DNA of 61,553 bases. Origin: Gemmatimonadaceae bacterium. GTDB lineage: Bacteria > Gemmatimonadota > Gemmatimonadetes > Gemmatimonadales > Gemmatimonadaceae. Location of the stretch: assembly GCA_040902005.1 (NCBI GenBank), contig JBBDYA010000093.1:37690-99242 (forward strand), in the 5' to 3' direction. The notes under the pieces were generated by a model, which saw nothing but the letters and a program-made list of their open reading frames with translations, ran no database searches and was not told the origin of the DNA. A program made the translations under genes and the position numbers. Of this stretch, positions 58,201 through 61,553 are shown piece by piece; within the stretch, counting starts at the first letter, position 1, and each line of letters starts with the position of its first letter.

Positions 58201-61154
58201 GTGTGAGCCGTGCCGGCCGCGGTCATGCTCAGGCCAGTGAATCGCACGACGCCCTCCGACACGGTGAGCGTCTTCGTGCCCAGCAGCTCTCCGCCGCCCG
58301 TATTGTTTCCTAAGGCGACGGTGATCTGCGTGGAGTTGTCCACCGTGTTCGTGCTGCCGTCGGAATTCTGAACCGCCACTTCCACCGCGGCCATCGTCGC
58401 CGTGCGCGTCACCAGCGTGGGCTCCGTGACGAAGGCGAGCTTCATATCCGACGTCACGTCGAATGCCGGGCCTTCGGTGAGCGGGATCAGGGGCGAGACG
58501 GCCACCAGGTTGTAGGTGCCCGGATGGTTGCCAATGCTCAGGTCCGTGAACCGCGCCTTGCCGGCCGAAACGGTCTGCGTCTTCGTGCCGGCCAGCGTGC
58601 CGCCGCCCGACAGGCTCCCGATCGCCACGGTCACCTGCGTCTCGTTGTCCGTGGAGGCAATGGTTCCGGTAAGGTCCTGGACGGCCACCTCGACGGGGTC
58701 CATCGTGGCGCTGATAGTGACAGAAGCGGAGACCTGGACGAACGCCAGCTTCAGGTCCTTCTGTACGTCGAAGAGAGCGCTGGTGGCCTGGGGCAGGGAG
58801 GGGGCGGTGACCACGAACGTATTGCCGGCGCCAGCCTCGCTGGGGATCAGGTCGTTGAAGACCACGACGCCCGACGCGGCGGTTCGCGTCTTCGTGCCGG
58901 ACAGCACGCCGCCGCCCGGGTTGTTCCCGAAATCGATGGTGATCTGCGTGGAGTTGTCGGTGGAGACGACGTTGCCGCTGCCGTCCTTGATGGCCGCCTC
59001 AACGGGCGCCATGGTGGCCGAGCGCGTGGCCGTCTCCGGCTGACGCGCGAAGACAAGCACGTGATCCAGGATCTCAAACTCCCCCGAGCTGGCCTGAGGC
59101 AACCCTTGCACCGACGCGGCCAGGGTGAACGTCCCCGGCCCCGACACGCTCAGGTCCGAGAACGTGGCAACGCCGCCCTGCACTGCCGCCTCGGTCGTAC
59201 CCTGCAGCGTGGCGGCGGCGGCGTTGCTGCCCAGGGACAGGATGACCTGGCTCGTGATGTCCCCGCTCAGCGTGTTACCGCTTCCGTCCTTGATCGCGAC
59301 TTTCACGGGCGGCGTGATCAGCGCGTTGGGCCTCGCGGCAGTCGGCTGCTCCTCGAACACCAGCCTGTGGTCGGTGAGCACCTCGAATACCGCGCTCGTC
59401 ACCGTGGCCACGTAGGGTGCCGCGGCCGTGAAATTGTAGTCGCCGGCCCTGTCGACGCTGACGTTCGTGAAAGTGGCAACGCCCGCCTGCGCGGTCACCG
59501 TCTTGTCTCCGAGCAGCACGCCGCCAACGGTGTTGGTCCCGAAGTTGAGCGTGACCGACGTGGCGTCGTCGGCGAGCGTGGCGCCATTGGCGTCCTGGAG
59601 CGCCACCTTCACGTGCGGCGACATAACCGCGTTCGCGGTGGCGGCCGTGGGTATCTGCACGAAGGCCAGCTTGTGGCCGCAGGGAGTACCTTGCGGCCCG
59701 TTGCCGCCCAGCAGATTGCCCGCGTCGTCCAGCCCGGCCAATCCGCCAGTTGCAGGATCACGGCCGTTGCCGCCCAACCCTCCGTTGAACGAGCTGCCGT
59801 GTTCCAGCTCGTACGACGCGCCCGCGATCACCAGCCCGCCTGCGTCGCCGCCGCGCGACCCGCGTACGAACGGCGAGGCCTGGCAGGCGTTGAAGCCGTT
59901 TCCGCCGTTCGCCACCGCGCTCGCGAAGACGATGCTGGTAGCCACTCGGCTGCCGTCCTTCGTGAGCACTATGATGGTGCCGCCGGTGCCGCCCGCAATG
60001 TCCGCGTCGCCTGCCGGTCCGCCGTTGGCGCCGCCCTCGATCTTCACCAGACGGGCGTCCGCGCGGCCGGTGCCTACCCTGATCTCGACGCTGCCCCCCG
60101 ACCCGCCCGGTCCCCCGTCGCCACCACCCGCCCACACCTCGCCGTGAAGGCCCATCACCGGCTGAACCACGCTGGACACGGGGTTGCCGTTCACAAATGC
60201 GGAGCCGGGTAGCCCGCCATCTCCCGTGACGCAGGCCACGCTGACTCCCGCCTCGGCGCGCGCCGCGCCGTTGGCGCCGCGTACCGCGCGCGGGTCCGGA
60301 CCGGAGAGCACGCCGCAGCCGCCCGCGTCTCCCCCGTTGCCCGGCGCAAGCGCTACGTCGAAGATCTCGATCTCGCCGCCGCGAATCCGGATGTCGCCAC
60401 CAGGGCCGCCGTCGCTGCCGGTCAGATCCAGCGTGCGTCCCGCGAGAACGCCGGGGACGTCGTTGAAGCCCCGGCCGCCGTGGCCGGCGTGTACGCGGCC
60501 GGTGATCCGCACCAAAAGTGGAGCGCGCAGGTCCGTGATTTCCTTCGTGGCCCAAAACGCGTCTGCTACCTCAGTTCCGATCTCGACGTCGGCACCGTCC
60601 TCTCCTGCCACACCGCGCGCCGTGGACGCCGCGCCGTTCTTGCCGAACACGTCGCCTCCTATCTGGAGCCGCGTCGCGTTCCCTCGCAGCGCGATGGACG
60701 CCACGTCCCTCAGCTCACCGCCGGGCTCCAGCAGGACGATGTCGCCCACGATGTGTACGGTGCTCATGGCCGTCGCGTGCGCGGTCACGTCCGTACGCGT
60801 CGCTGCCGCGGCGTGGGCACCGCTGTCGGCGGCCATATGAGCGGTCTGCACGACCGCGGCCGGAGCGCCGCCGATAGATCCGGACACCAGCACCGAGTCG
60901 CCGGCGGCCAGCCCCAGCGAGCCGCCCGGCGCGATGAGAATGGTGCCGTGAATGATGATGTCCTCTTCGGCGATCACCACCACGTTCCCGGTGACGGTGT
61001 GCTGCTTGCCGGCCGGAATCTCCACGCGACGCACGTTCAGCGTGCCGCCGGTGAGGTTGTCGGGCAGTGGCTCGCCACCATCCGGCCCCGTAACCTCAGT
61101 ACAGGCCAACGGGATCAGAATGGCGCACGTCCGCGCGATGCGCGTGATTCGCAT
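55227..61154 (-). CDS. Giant surface lipoprotein/adhesin: Gly-rich domain, 11 Ig-like repeats, RCC1 propeller
   Basis: Lipobox ILIPLAC; GGxGG repeats; 11 units of about 103 aa starting xLAFVQ and containing GxAxFxDL; C-terminal HxC...CWGxNxxGxLG blades. Confidence 0.9.
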   Translation of the reverse strand: MRITRIARTCAILIPLACTEVTGPDGGEPLPDNLTGGTLNVRRVEIPAGKQHTVTGNVVVIAEEDIIIHGTILIAPGGSLGLAAGDSVLVSGSIGGAPAAVVQTAHMAADSGAHAAAATRTDVTAHATAMSTVHIVGDIVLLEPGGELRDVASIALRGNATRLQIGGDVFGKNGAASTARGVAGEDGADVEIGTEVADAFWATKEITDLRAPLLVRITGRVHAGHGGRGFNDVPGVLAGRTLDLTGSDGGPGGDIRIRGGEIEIFDVALAPGNGGDAGGCGVLSGPDPRAVRGANGAARAEAGVSVACVTGDGGLPGSAFVNGNPVSSVVQPVMGLHGEVWAGGGDGGPGGSGGSVEIRVGTGRADARLVKIEGGANGGPAGDADIAGGTGGTIIVLTKDGSRVATSIVFASAVANGGNGFNACQASPFVRGSRGGDAGGLVIAGASYELEHGSSFNGGLGGNGRDPATGGLAGLDDAGNLLGGNGPQGTPCGHKLAFVQIPTAATANAVMSPHVKVALQDANGATLADDATSVTLNFGTNTVGGVLLGDKTVTAQAGVATFTNVSVDRAGDYNFTAAAPYVATVTSAVFEVLTDHRLVFEEQPTAARPNALITPPVKVAIKDGSGNTLSGDITSQVILSLGSNAAAATLQGTTEAAVQGGVATFSDLSVSGPGTFTLAASVQGLPQASSGEFEILDHVLVFARQPETATRSATMAPVEAAIKDGSGNVVSTDNSTQITIDFGNNPGGGVLSGTKTRTAASGVVVFNDLIPSEAGAGNTFVVTAPSLPQATSALFDVQKDLKLAFVQVSASVTISATMDPVEVAVQDLTGTIASTDNETQVTVAIGSLSGGGTLAGTKTQTVSAGKARFTDLSIGNHPGTYNLVAVSPLIPLTEGPAFDVTSDMKLAFVTEPTLVTRTATMAAVEVAVQNSDGSTNTVDNSTQITVALGNNTGGGELLGTKTLTVSEGVVRFTGLSMTAAGTAHTLVASAPSLQQATSGSFDVQRDVQLAFVQVSASVTISATMDPVEVAVQDLTGTIASTDNETQVTVAIGSLSGGGTLAGTKTQTVSAGKARFTDLSIGNHPGTYNLVAVSPLIPLTEGPAFDVTSDMKLAFVTEPTLVTRTATMAAVEVAVQNSDGSTNTVDNSTQITVALGNNTGGGELLGTKTLTVSEGVVRFTGLSMTAAGTAHTLVASAPSLQQATSGSFDVQRDVQLAFVQVPASVTISATMDPVEVAVQDLAGATIGTDNSTAVTIAIGNISGGGELSGTKTITASDGIARFTDLSFNQQGTYNFVVNSPLVPAATSQEVEVRASDMNLAFVLQPKSVTQSATMAAFEVAVKDGTGGTQTGDNSTVITLDFGNNAGGGVLSGTKSRTASGGIARFTDVSVDQPGANYTFTAAAPSHTSATSAAFDVLRSDKLAFVQMPSNATANAVLSPAVKVAIRDAAGATLSSDNSTQLTLGLGLNPGGGALAGSRTVTVQSGVATYQDLVIDKAGSYSFSVSGPLLATATSNTFTVFSENKLVYVQQPTTVTLAAFISPAVEVAIQDPGGATLTGDNTTQVTIAFGTNAGSGTLSGTKTVMVQSGVARFPDLSINKLAAGYTLRSSAAFMQAVTSNPFDVVLLFETLAAGGHHACALDGQGGAYCWGVNAYGALGDNSTSNRNRPVAVQGGHRFVKLTAGEYHTCGITVGGGTKCWGSNFVGELGDGTTTPSSVPVDVHGGHAFTDIDAGFSHTCGVLADGKLRCWGHNSEGQLGNGTKTATSTPTLVLSDLSFALVDGGGNHTCALTGDGSAACWGYNFSGQLGIGTSGTGTATLTPAMVSGSLTFADLEVGRDHACALVDGGALYCWGRGEYGRLGDGATDDRSQPTRSASSLTVAEFEAGDLQTCVVTSDGAAYCFGGNFSGQLGNGTTDPTSTPVAVSGGRSYLSVRTAVNHSCALASDKVAWCFGAGPSGQMGDGTFNGSSTPVQVKP
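57502..58747. repeat. Near-exact tandem duplication with a 618-bp period (two Ig-like repeats)
   Basis: 57502-58129 matches 58120-58747; one synonymous mismatch noticed (58104 vs 58722). Confidence 0.92.
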
Positions 61155-61257
61155 GCAGTCCGTCAACTGGGAGGTCCACCCCACGCTCGGCTTGCCGCGT
61201 CACAAGCCAGGCATATATATGGAGGGGCACCCTCCACTGATTCTCCACCCGCCTCGC

Positions 61258-61553
61258 ATGGCTGCCGCAGCACACCCTCCTTCCGCCCCCAAAGTCGCGA
61301 TTCGCTGCTTTGGCGGCGTCGCCATTGAACGCGACGGCGCTCCACTTGCCGGCCGCGCCACGCAGCGGCGCCGGCTCGCGCTCGCCGTCCTGCTCGCGGC
61401 CTCGCCCCACCAGCCCGTGAGTCGCGACCGGATCGTCGCCCTTCTCTGGCCCGAGTCCGACACCGACTCCGCCCGGCACCTCCTATCCGGCGCGGTCTAC
61501 GAGCTTCGGAAAGTCATGGGCGAGGACGCCATCGTCTCTCGCGGCGACGACCT
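61258..61553 (+). CDS. AfsR/SARP-family transcriptional regulator, N-terminal wHTH (truncated by the window end; absent from the ORF track)
   Basis: My translation: MAAAAHPPSAPKVAIRCFGGVAIERDGAPLAGRATQRRRLALAVLLAASPHQPVSRDRIVALLWPESDTDSARHLLSGAVYELRKVMGEDAIVSRGDD. Confidence 0.88.
   Translation, partial: MAAAAHPPSAPKVAIRCFGGVAIERDGAPLAGRATQRRRLALAVLLAASPHQPVSRDRIVALLWPESDTDSARHLLSGAVYELRKVMGEDAIVSRGDD

Overview
High-GC bacterial chromosome segment. The gene set and protein styles suggest Gemmatimonadota, but that is inference. About 1-35 kb is mostly housekeeping: ruvB-queA-tgt-yajC-def-fmt-rsmB-PASTA-rpe-tlpA-ybbR-tsaD-lgt; a minus-strand tamA-tamB-Zn-finger-peptidase S58-NlpC/P60 operon; dppAB-like genes; a mazG-like gene; beta-carbonic anhydrase; FNR; a Ser/Thr kinase; pduO; aroB frameshifted at a G11 run; and a sigma70 factor. 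About 35-44 kb is a rearranged accessory zone containing chimeric gene remnants. About 43.8-61.5 kb is a partly decayed glycosylation cluster. It is headed by a ~1975-aa lipoprotein adhesin (Gly-rich region, 11 Ig-like repeats with a near-exact 618-bp duplication, RCC1 propeller) and sits divergent from a SARP-type regulator. Non-coding signals include five intergenic head-to-head short-repeat arrays (long hairpins). Two of these are near-identical direct repeats that flank the mazG-like gene and carry a -10 box positioned for leaderless starts. A TANNNT-N5-7-start motif recurs at several genes. No rRNA, tRNA, CRISPR array, transposase, integrase or reverse transcriptase was recognised. All calls come from reading motifs by eye; no searches were run.
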